From contig JBDRRF010000106.1 in assembly GCA_043825875.1 (NCBI GenBank), positions 1 through 30,897 on the forward strand: DNA of 30,897 nt, given 5' to 3'. Source of the DNA: Pseudomonadota bacterium. GTDB taxonomy: Bacteria > Desulfobacterota > Desulfobacteria > Desulfobacterales > RPRI01. Shown in pieces: positions 19,755 through 29,005 of this stretch. Position 1 is the first letter of the stretch; every line of letters starts with the position of its first letter. The position numbers and the translations under genes were made by a program. The notes below the pieces were generated by a model. The model searched no databases. It saw only the letters and a list, made by a program, of their open reading frames with translations, and was not told the origin of the DNA.

Positions 19755-20822
19755 ATGAATGTAAGTATTTATAAATTGGGTAATTACAAAATCATTGAAT
19801 CCAGTAGCGGTGAGTTGAGATGGGAAGCCCATTTCGGTTTAGGTGCGCTACAGGAAGGAATATGCTTTAAGAAAGGTATTATCCTGTTCATCGGTCCACC
19901 TGAAAACCAGCGCGACGGTTATTTGAAATTAGAGTTTATGGATCAACTCAAACGATTTCCTGATTGGCTGAAGACAAAATACTATTGTGATAACGTTGAA
20001 GTATGCAAATGCGATACCGGCAAGAAAGTTACTAAAGAAGAAATGATATTATGGACGTTCGATCGAGGTATCAATAAAAAAGGTGAACTATATTCAGAAA
20101 ATTCCGATCAGAGTTTGAATAATATTTCTGCCGCTAGTATGAAAGAGAATCTTACTTTCAGGCTTGAGCGATATGAAATAACTAAGAAAACAGACGGTAA
20201 AATTTTTTGGAAAACATATGCAGGCCCAAATACCGCACAAAGTGGTGATTGTATTGTTTTAGAAGATATTTTATTCATTAGATCAAGGCAAAACGATCAA
20301 TCCAGCTTGAACAAACGACAATTTCTTGCTAATTTACAGCAACTGCCAAAATGGGACCAGACGAGATATTACTGCCCCACACTATCACTTCATGATTGTA
20401 AAGCCGGAAAAAACGTAAAGGAAGAAAAGATAAAGTTACCAAGTGAGAAAATTGCAACGGAAAAACATGATATTTATGATAGACGCGAAACCAGTACCAA
20501 GCTTAAAATTTCCAACGGCACGAAGCAGAAAATCTTGCCCGAAAAGATAATGCCGGTTTTGGATTCGCTTGCTGAGGCTACAAAAAGCTATTGGAATTAT
20601 AATCATTTTTTCCGGTTTAAATTCAAAAAATCTTATATTCCAAAAAGTACCTCTGTTTTTAGCACCTCTGGTCTCAGGAAAAGGACAATTTATATTGTGG
20701 CTATCATTTTTTTGATAATCTCTTTATTTTTTGTTTTCCTGATAGGCTATCGCAAAGAGCATCATGAAAGGCGGCATTACGAAAGAGACGATCACCATTC
20801 AAGCCATCAAAGGGATCATTAA
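19755..20822 (+). CDS. Hypothetical membrane-anchored protein with a tandemly duplicated domain and His-rich tail
   Basis: Two ~85-aa repeats ending PDWLKTKYYC and PKWDQTRYYC; TM helix near the C-terminus; EHHERRHYERDDHHSSHQRDH tail. Start uncertain (19698 TTG or 19755 ATG). Confidence 0.75.
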   Translation: MNVSIYKLGNYKIIESSSGELRWEAHFGLGALQEGICFKKGIILFIGPPENQRDGYLKLEFMDQLKRFPDWLKTKYYCDNVEVCKCDTGKKVTKEEMILWTFDRGINKKGELYSENSDQSLNNISAASMKENLTFRLERYEITKKTDGKIFWKTYAGPNTAQSGDCIVLEDILFIRSRQNDQSSLNKRQFLANLQQLPKWDQTRYYCPTLSLHDCKAGKNVKEEKIKLPSEKIATEKHDIYDRRETSTKLKISNGTKQKILPEKIMPVLDSLAEATKSYWNYNHFFRFKFKKSYIPKSTSVFSTSGLRKRTIYIVAIIFLIISLFFVFLIGYRKEHHERRHYERDDHHSSHQRDH

Positions 20823-21016
20823 ATCTGGGCCTGACTCAGTAATATAATCACAGATTTAATCCAATTGGTAACGGCCTAAAATGAAAGAAAAAATAACTTC
20901 AGAGAAATGCACCTATGATAATATTAAAAAAATACCGAAAATTTATTTTTATTTTTATTTTTATTATTCTGGTGCTGGCTGTGGGGCACTTGATTGTTGA
21001 CTAAGTGGAATCTGAT

Positions 21017-21322
21017 ATGAAAAAGATAATATTTATTTTGGTAATCGGATTCCTGCTATTCGAGTTTATAGAGCATGTGATTTTTCCTCTGATCTGGTTT
21101 ATTAAAAACCGAAAGAAAAAATCCGTTTGCGGAGCAGAGGCGATGTTGGGAAAAACTGGTGTAATTAAATACTGGCGGGAATCTGAAGGACAGATTATTG
21201 TAAATGGAGAGTTGTGGCGAGCTGAAAGCGATTTTCTCCTGTCGGCAGAGGATAGAGTGGTTATCCAGGATGTGGATGGACTCACTGTAAAAGTAATTCC
21301 CTTCAAGGAAAAAGATAGCTGA
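21017..21322 (+). CDS. NfeD-like C-terminal OB-fold protein
   Basis: N-terminal TM, then GAEAMLGKTG...GQIIVNGELWRAES...VVIQDVDGLTVKV. Confidence 0.85.
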   Translation: MKKIIFILVIGFLLFEFIEHVIFPLIWFIKNRKKKSVCGAEAMLGKTGVIKYWRESEGQIIVNGELWRAESDFLLSAEDRVVIQDVDGLTVKVIPFKEKDS

Positions 21323-21501
21323 TAGCATCACAGGTCGCTTGTGTAAAATATATCGTAAACTTTGTTTTATAGCGTTTAACCTTGACCCCTGCACAAAAAT
21401 TTAATACTGAAAGAGGTAGTAAAAAGTTTGAAATAATTTTAGGATGTCAAATCTGATCGGATTTTATGCAAAGTCTCGATTAGTCTATGGAGGATAACCG
21501 T

Positions 21502-21834
21502 ATGGAACCTGATTGTATTTTCTGTAAAATTGTAAAGGGAGAAATTCCGAGCTCTTTTCTTTTTGAAAACGACAACCTTGTTGTATTTAGAGACATTAAC
21601 CCGCATGCACCTGTCCATTTACTTATTGTTCCCAAAAAGCATATAAGAAGTGTAAACGATTTAACCGAAGAAGATGAAAATATAGTATCAGAAATGATCA
21701 TGACCGCAAAAATGATGGCGGAAAAAGAGTCTGTTTCAAAATCAGGTTACAAACTCCTTTTCAACGTGGAAAAAGGCGGCGGTCAGGTAATATTTCATCT
21801 TCACCTGCATCTTATCGGCGGATGGAAGAAATAG
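21502..21834 (+). CDS. hinT: Histidine triad (HIT) nucleotide-binding protein
   Basis: DCIFCKIVKGEIPS, FRDINPHAPVHLLIVPKKH and GQVIFHLHLHLIGG; GGAGG SD before ATG 21502. Confidence 0.95.
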   Translation: MEPDCIFCKIVKGEIPSSFLFENDNLVVFRDINPHAPVHLLIVPKKHIRSVNDLTEEDENIVSEMIMTAKMMAEKESVSKSGYKLLFNVEKGGGQVIFHLHLHLIGGWKK

Positions 21835-21835
21835 T

Positions 21836-21982
21836 TAGTGCCCATCTATAAACGGCATCTTGCGATACATATCTGCGTTCTCGCGTTTTTGTAATACTCG
21901 ACGTAAGCCCATTACGCCTGCGTTTTCAAAAACTCTGCGGCCTTGATCTGAACCGCAATCTACAATTTCTGGACGGACACTA
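21836..21982. mobile_element. MITE-like palindromic element, family B (147 bp including flanking TA)
   Basis: Imperfect terminal repeats TAGTGCCCATCTATAAA / TTTCTGGACGGACACTA with nested internal stems; fills the gap between the convergent HIT and trpA stop codons; single copy in the window. Confidence 0.75.
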
Positions 21983-21983
21983 T

Positions 21984-22787
21984 TTATAGTTTTGTTGCCG
22001 CTTTCAGATTACTGACTTTTTCACCTAATATTTCGTGAAGATTCGGATTATTCAGGTTTTCTTCAATTATACGCTCAAATGCGCTTCCTACAACGATTCC
22101 ATCTACATCCGGTGCAATTTTTCTTACATCTTCAGGCTCGCTTATTCCGAATCCGACACATATTGGAAGTTTAGTCACAGAGCCAAGGAGCTTTGAATTA
22201 ACTGTAACTTCTCCTGTATCAAGCCCGTCGCTTCCTGTAACGCCTGTTTTTGAAACAAGATATAAAAATCCGGAAGCTGATTCGGTAATTTTTTTCATTC
22301 TTTCAACAGGAGTAGTAGGTGCTACAAGACGAATAAGAGCAAGCTCTTTGCCCGGCCATTTTGAAGTCATTTCATCCGATTCTTCAGGAGGAAGATCCAC
22401 TACAAGCACTCCGTCTGCACCGGCAGAAATAGAATCGTTGTAAAATGCTTCTGCGCCATATGAAAGTATAGGATTATAATAGCTGAAAAGAATTATGGGG
22501 ATATCTGAAAATGTCCTGATTTTTTTTGTCATTTCCATAACTTTTTTTATAGTTATGCCTTTTTTAAGAGCTCTTGCGGAAGACCTTTGGATCACCGGCC
22601 CATCAGCCGTAGGATCGGAAAAAGCAATACCAAGCTCTAAAATATCAAGTCCTGCTTTACACATCGATTCAATTATTTTAAGCGAAGTATCAAGATCCGG
22701 ATCTCCTGCCGAAAGAAATCCGACAAGGGCTTTTTCTTTTTTTTGTTTCAACGCATCAAATGCTTTATCAATTCTATTTGTCTTCAT
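21984..22787 (-). CDS. trpA: Tryptophan synthase alpha subunit
   Basis: ELGIAFSDPTADGPVIQ, YYNP, VDLPPEE, GVTG and VGFGIS; start moved to MKTNRI at 22787 (GGAAGGAG SD). Confidence 0.97.
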   Translation of the reverse strand: MKTNRIDKAFDALKQKKEKALVGFLSAGDPDLDTSLKIIESMCKAGLDILELGIAFSDPTADGPVIQRSSARALKKGITIKKVMEMTKKIRTFSDIPIILFSYYNPILSYGAEAFYNDSISAGADGVLVVDLPPEESDEMTSKWPGKELALIRLVAPTTPVERMKKITESASGFLYLVSKTGVTGSDGLDTGEVTVNSKLLGSVTKLPICVGFGISEPEDVRKIAPDVDGIVVGSAFERIIEENLNNPNLHEILGEKVSNLKAATKL

Positions 22788-22812
22788 TTGTTCTGAATTC
22801 TCCTTCCATACA

Positions 22813-22871
22813 GCCGGGTTGTTAATCCGCACCTACAAATCCCGTAAAGACGCAAAATCTTGCGTCTTTAC
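22813..22871. repeat. Two REP-like palindromes in the trpB-trpA spacer
   Basis: GTAAAGACGCAA-AATC-TTGCGTCTTTAC (22844-22871, perfect 12-bp stem) and a decayed GTAGGTGCGGATTAACAACCCGGC on the minus strand (22813-22836). Confidence 0.65.
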
Positions 22872-22874
22872 AAC

Positions 22875-24107
22875 CTAAATTATTGTTGAAACAATCCCAA
22901 GATCCTTATCACCTCTGCCTGAAAGATTAACGATTATAATTTCTTCTTTTTTCATACGCGGTGCCTGCTCCATTACAAAAGCCAGCGCATGGGAACTTTC
23001 AAGAGCAGGTATTATTCCCTCAAGCCTGCAAAGGGTTTTAAAAGCATTAAGTGCCTGATCATCATTTATAGAAACGTAGCTTGCTCTTTTTACATCTTTA
23101 AACAAAGAATGTTCAGGACCAACTCCCGGATAATCAAGCCCGGCGGATATTGAATGAGCCTCAATTATCTGCCCGTTTTCATCCTGAAGAACATATGATT
23201 TCGACCCGTGCAGTACTCCTACAGAACCTTCGCCAAGGGTTGCCGCATGTTTACCGGTAGAAATGCCTTTACCGGCAGCTTCAACACCTATCATATCAAC
23301 CGGATCATCTATAAACGGAAAGAAAAGCCCCATTGCATTACTTCCTCCTCCCACACATGCTATCAAAAGATCAGGAAGGCGACCTGTTTGCTCCAGAATC
23401 TGTTGTCTTGCTTCTATTCCTATAATTTTCTGGAAATCACGCACCATAGCAGGATACGGATGAGGGCCTGCAACAGAGCCTATTATATAAAAGGTATCAA
23501 CAACCGCTCCAACCCAATATCGCATTGCTTCATTCATGGCATCCTTGAGTGTGCCTGTTCCGGATTCAACAGGCACGACCTCTGCTCCAAGAAGTTTCAT
23601 GCGTAAAACATTCGGAGCCTGTCTTTTTACATCTTCGGTTCCCATAAAAATCTTGCATTCCATTCCGAAAAGAGCAGCTACCGTGGCAGTTGCAACCCCA
23701 TGCTGGCCCGCTCCGGTTTCGGCGATTACTTTCTTTTTCCCCATCCATTTGGCAAGAAGCGCTTGGCCGAGAGTATTGTTTATCTTATGTGCTCCCGTAT
23801 GCGCGAGGTCTTCACGTTTTAAATATATTGCAGCACCCTTTAAATGATCGCTTAATCTTTTTGCATGAAAAAGAGGGGTGGGGCGGCCTGTATAAAGGGC
23901 CAGAAGATCGTCCAACTCTTTTTTGAATTTTTCATCCGGCGTAATTTTGTTATATGCTTCTTCAAGCTCAAGGAGAGCAGGCATCAGAGTCTCACCGACA
24001 TAACGCCCTCCGTAAATCCCGAAATGTCCGTTTGTATCAGGACATGGTACGGTTTTTAAAGGAGCAAAACCGCCTGCAAGAGATTCTTTGTTTGTTAAAG
24101 AGTTCAT
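22875..24107 (-). CDS. trpB: Tryptophan synthase beta subunit
   Basis: [16 protein letters not shown] (PLP Lys), [27 protein letters not shown] and LSGRGDKD; start ATG 24107 overlaps the trpF stop (TGATG), AAGGAG SD. Confidence 0.98.
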   Translation of the reverse strand: MNSLTNKESLAGGFAPLKTVPCPDTNGHFGIYGGRYVGETLMPALLELEEAYNKITPDEKFKKELDDLLALYTGRPTPLFHAKRLSDHLKGAAIYLKREDLAHTGAHKINNTLGQALLAKWMGKKKVIAETGAGQHGVATATVAALFGMECKIFMGTEDVKRQAPNVLRMKLLGAEVVPVESGTGTLKDAMNEAMRYWVGAVVDTFYIIGSVAGPHPYPAMVRDFQKIIGIEARQQILEQTGRLPDLLIACVGGGSNAMGLFFPFIDDPVDMIGVEAAGKGISTGKHAATLGEGSVGVLHGSKSYVLQDENGQIIEAHSISAGLDYPGVGPEHSLFKDVKRASYVSINDDQALNAFKTLCRLEGIIPALESSHALAFVMEQAPRMKKEEIIIVNLSGRGDKDLGIVSTII

Positions 24108-24796
24108 CAAAATATTCTCCTTGTTGTTTTTGTAAGCATGCATCCTGATACAATGCTTATAAAAGATTTTACTTTTTCGATATCCTTTATCCCGTAAGAA
24201 GATTCAACACCGGAGCTTATATCAACCGCATCAGGGCTGCAAAGAGATATTGCTGTTTGTATATTATCCGGTGAAAGACCGCCAGCCAGTATAAGAGGAT
24301 AATTTTCTCCCACTGTTTTTGCCTTTTCCCATTCCCATGAAAGGGCGTTTCCGCCGGGAAGAGTACCTTTGCCATACTCTACGATAAACGCCGATGCTTC
24401 ATATTTTTTTACTTCTTCAATAAAAGGCTTTTTTTCAATAAAAAGAGCTTTTATGACAATCAGGTTTTCTTTGCAAAGGTCAGCCACAAGCTGAGGAGTT
24501 TCATTACCGTGAAGTTGAACTGCACAAATACGGCTTTTTTCAACAGTATCCATTATCGATGAAAAACTTTCATTAACAAAAACCCCGACTGTTTTAATTT
24601 CTTTTGGCAAAGCCTGTGATATTTCACGCGCTGCGTCCGGAGCAATATATCTTGGGCTTTTTGGATAAAAAACAAATCCCAATGCATCCGCTCCAAGCTT
24701 TGCACATGAAACTGCATCACTTACTCTTGTGATGCCGCAGATTTTAATCTGGGGTTTATTGCTAAGATTGTTTGTGCTGTTAATTTGTTCTATCAT
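24107..24796 (-). CDS. trpF: Phosphoribosylanthranilate isomerase
   Basis: [29 protein letters not shown] and SSGVES. Confidence 0.96.
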   Translation of the reverse strand: MIEQINSTNNLSNKPQIKICGITRVSDAVSCAKLGADALGFVFYPKSPRYIAPDAAREISQALPKEIKTVGVFVNESFSSIMDTVEKSRICAVQLHGNETPQLVADLCKENLIVIKALFIEKKPFIEEVKKYEASAFIVEYGKGTLPGGNALSWEWEKAKTVGENYPLILAGGLSPDNIQTAISLCSPDAVDISSGVESSYGIKDIEKVKSFISIVSGCMLTKTTRRIF

Positions 24797-25597
24797 TTAT
24801 ATTAATTCATCTTTTCCCGGCTTCATTAAAGACTTTAAAAATAAAGCCGGATTATCGGCTTTCACAATGCTTTCACCAATAAGAAAATTAAATACTCCAA
24901 AAGAAAGATTTTTTTCAATGTCTTTCCGGTTTGTTATTCCGCTTGCCGCAACTGCGATCTGATCTGCGTTTAAAAGAGAAGACAAACTCATTGCGGTTTT
25001 TATATCGGTATCAAAGGAGCTTAAATTTCTATTGTTTATTCCGATAAGCTTTGCACCTGCCTCCGATGCTGCTTCAAGATCTTTTTCAGAATTAACTTCA
25101 ACAAGCGCATCGAGATTCAGCTCATTGCAGAGAGCAAGATAATCTTTTAGCTGTTTTAGAGAAAGAATTCTTACAATAAGAAGCGCAGCATCAGCTCCCA
25201 TAGCCGCTGCTTCATATATCTGATATGATGATATCAAAAAATCTTTCCTTAAAACCGGAAGAGACGATGCTTTTCTTGCTGCAATAAGATCATCCGGATT
25301 TCCCATGAAAAATTTTTTATCGGTTAAAACCGATATTGCCGCCGCACCGCCATCTTCATATCCTTTGGCATATTTTGCCGGATCAAGATCGGGGCATAAT
25401 ACTCCTTTTGAGGGTGAAGCTCTTTTAATCTCGGCTATTATATTAACACCGGAAGGCCCTGGCTTTATAAATTTTTGTAAAAAAGGGCGTCTTTTTATAT
25501 TTTGTGCCTGATCGCGAAGTCTTTCTTCTGAAACATTCTTTTTACAGGCTTTAACTTCACTTTTTTTATGCTCGACTATCTTTGTTAAAAAATCCAT
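24797..25597 (-). CDS. trpC: Indole-3-glycerol phosphate synthase
   Basis: IIAEIKRASPSKG, ISVLTD, PVLRKDF and GINNRNL. Confidence 0.97.
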   Translation of the reverse strand: MDFLTKIVEHKKSEVKACKKNVSEERLRDQAQNIKRRPFLQKFIKPGPSGVNIIAEIKRASPSKGVLCPDLDPAKYAKGYEDGGAAAISVLTDKKFFMGNPDDLIAARKASSLPVLRKDFLISSYQIYEAAAMGADAALLIVRILSLKQLKDYLALCNELNLDALVEVNSEKDLEAASEAGAKLIGINNRNLSSFDTDIKTAMSLSSLLNADQIAVAASGITNRKDIEKNLSFGVFNFLIGESIVKADNPALFLKSLMKPGKDELI

Positions 25598-26613
25598 TAT
25601 CCGTTTTCCTGGGTAAAGCGAACCAGAGATTCAAGTTTTGATTTGGCAGCACCTGAATCAATAGATGTTTCGGCAAGCTTTATACCTTCTTTTAAGTTTG
25701 CAGCTTTTCCTGCCGCAACTAAAGCTGCGGAAGCATTTATAAGAATTATATCTCTTTTTGGCCCTTTTTCTCCGTTTAAAATATTTTTCGTAATCTGGGC
25801 ATTATCGGAAGCTGTACCACCAATAAGATCACCGGCATTAGCCGTTTTACCGAAAAAATCTTCAGGATCAATATCATAAGTTCGAATCAAGCCATCATTT
25901 AACTCAGATATTCTTGTAGGGGCACAAATTGAAATCTCATCAAGACCGTCATGCCCGTGTACTACAAATGCTCTTTTTACACCAAGAATACGAAGTGCCT
26001 GAGCGAACATTTCCGTAAGATTCGGAGCATAAACACCTAAGATCTGATAATTTGCAGATGCCGGATTGGTAAGGGGGCCAAGCATGTTAAATATGCTTCT
26101 TAAGCCGATCTCTTTTCTTGCTTTTGCCGCATATCTCATGGCTTCATGATAAAGAGGGGCAAAAAGAAAGCCGATTCCGATCTCCTGTATGGCTTCTTCT
26201 ACTATTTCAGGAGCAGTATCCAGCTTGATGCCGAGCTCCTCAAGGAGATCGGCGCTTCCACATTTGCTTGAAACTGAACGGTTTCCGTGTTTTGCGACAG
26301 TTACACCGGAGCCTGCTACAACAAAAGCGCTTGTTGTAGAAATGTTAAAAGTACTGGCACCGTCTCCTCCTGTGCCACATGTATCAACAACGGTTTTTGC
26401 AGTTGCCTGGATACGCCGCGCTTTTTTACGCATAGCAGAAGCTGCTCCGGCAAGCTCTTCAAATGTTTCACCCTTTGTGGCAAGAGCAGCCATAAAGGCT
26501 CCTATTTGTGCATCCGTTATGTTTCCTGAAAAAATTTCACTTAACATCTGAAACATTTCTTCTTCACCAAGATCCGTTCTTTCTATTATCTTTTTCAAGC
26601 TTTCTTTAAACAT
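25597..26613 (-). CDS. trpD: Anthranilate phosphoribosyltransferase
   Basis: DTCGTGGDG, NIST, KHGNRSVSSKCGSAD, FNMLGPLTNP and GLDE. Confidence 0.98.
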   Translation of the reverse strand: MFKESLKKIIERTDLGEEEMFQMLSEIFSGNITDAQIGAFMAALATKGETFEELAGAASAMRKKARRIQATAKTVVDTCGTGGDGASTFNISTTSAFVVAGSGVTVAKHGNRSVSSKCGSADLLEELGIKLDTAPEIVEEAIQEIGIGFLFAPLYHEAMRYAAKARKEIGLRSIFNMLGPLTNPASANYQILGVYAPNLTEMFAQALRILGVKRAFVVHGHDGLDEISICAPTRISELNDGLIRTYDIDPEDFFGKTANAGDLIGGTASDNAQITKNILNGEKGPKRDIILINASAALVAAGKAANLKEGIKLAETSIDSGAAKSKLESLVRFTQENG

Positions 26614-26638
26614 TGCTTTTCCTCTTAATGAGCTATCG

Positions 26639-26697
26639 GGCGGGTTACGAACCCGCCTCTACAAAAAAATTCCCCCTTAACAAGGGGGCCAAGGGGT
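26639..26697. repeat. REP-like hairpin plus C/G-run hairpin in the trpG-trpD spacer
   Basis: Minus strand GTAGAGGCGGGTTCGTAACCCGCC (26639-26662); CCCCCTT-AAC-AAGGGGG (26672-26688) followed by CCAAGGGGTT. Confidence 0.65.
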
Positions 26698-26719
26698 TGC
26701 ATCTTGCCCCCGCTCCCTG

Positions 26720-27289
26720 TTAGTCTACGCTGTTTAGGAAATTTCTTAATAAACGTTTTCCAACAGAAGTCATTATAGATTCCGGGTGAAACTGAACACC
26801 TTCAGTCTTATGGCTTTTATGCCTTAACCCCATAATTTCTCCTTCTTCCGATTCGGCGGTTATATCAAAACATGAAGGCAGAGTTTCTTTTGATACGGCC
26901 AGAGAATGATAGCGCATAGCTTTAAAAGGGTTGGCAATTCCCTTGTATATTGTTTTACCATCGGATGTTACAGAAGATACTTTTCCGTGCATAAGCTTTT
27001 TTGCTGAAACGATATCACCGCCAAACACCGCAGCTATAGCCTGATGGCCTAAACATACGCCAAGAACAGGAATTTTGCCTGTAAAATGTTTGATTACGTC
27101 CATTGAAATCCCTGCCGATTCGGGCCTGCCAGGACCGGGAGATATAACAATACCGGATGGATTCCATGCTATAATTTCATCCAATGTCGCCGCATTGTTT
27201 CTTATAACCTTAACATCGGCTCCAAGTTGTCTTAAGTATTGAACAAGATTATATGTGAATGAATCAAAATTATCTATCATTAATATCAT
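26720..27289 (-). CDS. trpG: Anthranilate synthase component II (glutamine amidotransferase)
   Basis: IDNFDSFTYNL, SPGPG, GVCLGHQ, RYHSL and QFHPES. Confidence 0.97.
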   Translation of the reverse strand: MILMIDNFDSFTYNLVQYLRQLGADVKVIRNNAATLDEIIAWNPSGIVISPGPGRPESAGISMDVIKHFTGKIPVLGVCLGHQAIAAVFGGDIVSAKKLMHGKVSSVTSDGKTIYKGIANPFKAMRYHSLAVSKETLPSCFDITAESEEGEIMGLRHKSHKTEGVQFHPESIMTSVGKRLLRNFLNSVD

Positions 27290-28794
27290 TTCTGGTCCTC
27301 CGGTATTAATAGACTCTTTTGCTTTTGGATAAGCTGTAATGCATTTTGAATGGCCATAGCCTTGTTTTCGGTTTCCTTCAGCTCACTGTCCGGGATTGAA
27401 TCGGCCACTATTCCGGCTCCTGCTCTTACCACAAGCTTTCCTTTTTCAACACAGGCGGTTCTTATCGTAATAGCCAGATCCATATTGCCGTTAAAAGAGA
27501 TATATCCAACAGCTCCGCCGTATGGCCCCCTCGGCTCTTTTTCAAGTTCCGCTATGATTTCCATGGCTCTTACTTTCGGCGCACCCGATAAAGTGCCAGC
27601 AGGAAAGGTCGCAGCAAGAAGATCCCATGCATCATATTCTTTTTCAAGATCGCAGTTTATGCTCGAAACCAGATGCATTACATGGGAATATCTTTCAATT
27701 ACCATAAGATCTGTTACCTGTACGCTGCCTGTTTCCGCAACCCGGCCTAGATCGTTACGACCTAGATCCACAAGCATGAGATGCTCTGCCCTTTCTTTTT
27801 CATCGGAAAGAAGTTCATCGGCAAGGGCTCTGTCTTCCTGTTCGCTGTTTCCTCTTTTGCGTGTTCCGGCAATCGGGCGAAGTGTAGCCACCCTGTTTTC
27901 AAGCCTTACCATTGTTTCCGGAGATGACCCAACAAGAGCAACATCTCCAAGGTGCATAAAGAAAAGATAGGGTGAAGGATTGATATATCTTTGCACCCTG
28001 TATAGCGTCCAGAAATCCGGGGCATCGTCACATATGAAAGGCTGGGATATAACCGCCTGGATTATATCTCCTGCTCTTATATATTCTTTTGTTTTTTCAA
28101 CATGATTTAAAAATATTTCCGGTTTTTGCTTTGGATAAAGAGAAAAATTTCCTTTTACCGAATCCTCATCATTAAAAGAGATCTGCTTTTTGATATTTTC
28201 CGTCATCGCTTCTATACGTGCTTTTGCTTTATTATATGAGATCTCAGGATCTTTATCATCATCTGTAAAGCAGATGCTTATTCCAAGAAGCGTATTTCGG
28301 ATATTATCAAAAACAATTATCTCATCCGGTATTATAAAATGAGATAGGGGCTTATCATCAGGTATCACGCACGGAACAGGCTCAAAAAAAGAAACCATCT
28401 CATATGAAAGATAGCCGACCATTCCTCCCCAGAAACGCGGCAACCCGGCAAGCGATGCAGGCCGGTAATCCTTCATGATATCTCTTAAAACATCAAGCGG
28501 TTTATTTCCATGAGGAATTTTTTTAACCGTACCGTTTTCTTTTACTTCAACATGATCTTTAAATACGCATATATGGCTTCGTGCCGAAGTTCCGAGAAAA
28601 CTGTATCTCCCCCATCTTTCACCACCCTCAACACTTTCAAGCAAAAAGACCGGGCCTTTGCCATCGTAAAATTTACGCAGCAAAGAAACCGGGGTTTCGG
28701 TATCCGCAAGTATTTCCACGCAAAGCGGGATAACATTGCTCTTTTCAGAAAGAGCGCAAAATTCTTTTTTGTCCGGAAATTGATTTAATAACAT
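27286..28794 (-). CDS. trpE: Anthranilate synthase component I
   Basis: LLESVEGGERWGRYS, NPSPY, PIAGT, EHLMLVDLGRND and TFPAGTLSGAPK. Confidence 0.97.
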   Translation of the reverse strand: MLLNQFPDKKEFCALSEKSNVIPLCVEILADTETPVSLLRKFYDGKGPVFLLESVEGGERWGRYSFLGTSARSHICVFKDHVEVKENGTVKKIPHGNKPLDVLRDIMKDYRPASLAGLPRFWGGMVGYLSYEMVSFFEPVPCVIPDDKPLSHFIIPDEIIVFDNIRNTLLGISICFTDDDKDPEISYNKAKARIEAMTENIKKQISFNDEDSVKGNFSLYPKQKPEIFLNHVEKTKEYIRAGDIIQAVISQPFICDDAPDFWTLYRVQRYINPSPYLFFMHLGDVALVGSSPETMVRLENRVATLRPIAGTRKRGNSEQEDRALADELLSDEKERAEHLMLVDLGRNDLGRVAETGSVQVTDLMVIERYSHVMHLVSSINCDLEKEYDAWDLLAATFPAGTLSGAPKVRAMEIIAELEKEPRGPYGGAVGYISFNGNMDLAITIRTACVEKGKLVVRAGAGIVADSIPDSELKETENKAMAIQNALQLIQKQKSLLIPEDQK

Positions 28795-28894
28795 TGGTAT
28801 TCCTTATATATTATAATTTATGGACTTTTTTATATCTATATCGCGTGTGCCCCGTTTATATATTATATTTTATAGACTTTCAAATAAAGTCTAT

Positions 28895-28931
28895 AAAAAA
28901 AGGGCCGTAAATTTTTGTTTTACGACCCTTT
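28895..28931 (-). terminator. trp leader terminator 2 (segments 5:6)
   Basis: AAAGGGUCGUAAA-ACAAAAA-UUUACGGCCCUUU running into a U7 tract. Confidence 0.85.
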
Positions 28932-28936
28932 AAAAT

Positions 28937-28971
28937 AAAAAAATCGCAAAACATTTTGTATTGTCCGCGAT
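28937..28971 (-). terminator. trp leader terminator 1 (segments 3:4)
   Basis: AUCGCGGACA-loop-UGUUUUGCGAU running into a U7 tract; its 5' arm is complementary to leader segment 2. Confidence 0.75.
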
Positions 28972-29005
28972 CCTTAGTTTATTTCTTTTATATCAAATAT
29001 TTAAA

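Noticed and set aside
20881..21003. 40-aa ORF with a hydrophobic C-terminus before the NfeD-like gene
   Set aside because: No SD, and the hydrophobicity comes from a low-complexity ATTTTT run.
27350..27970. 206-aa plus-strand ORF and similar shadow ORFs throughout the window
   Set aside because: Antisense in-register shadows of well-supported genes.
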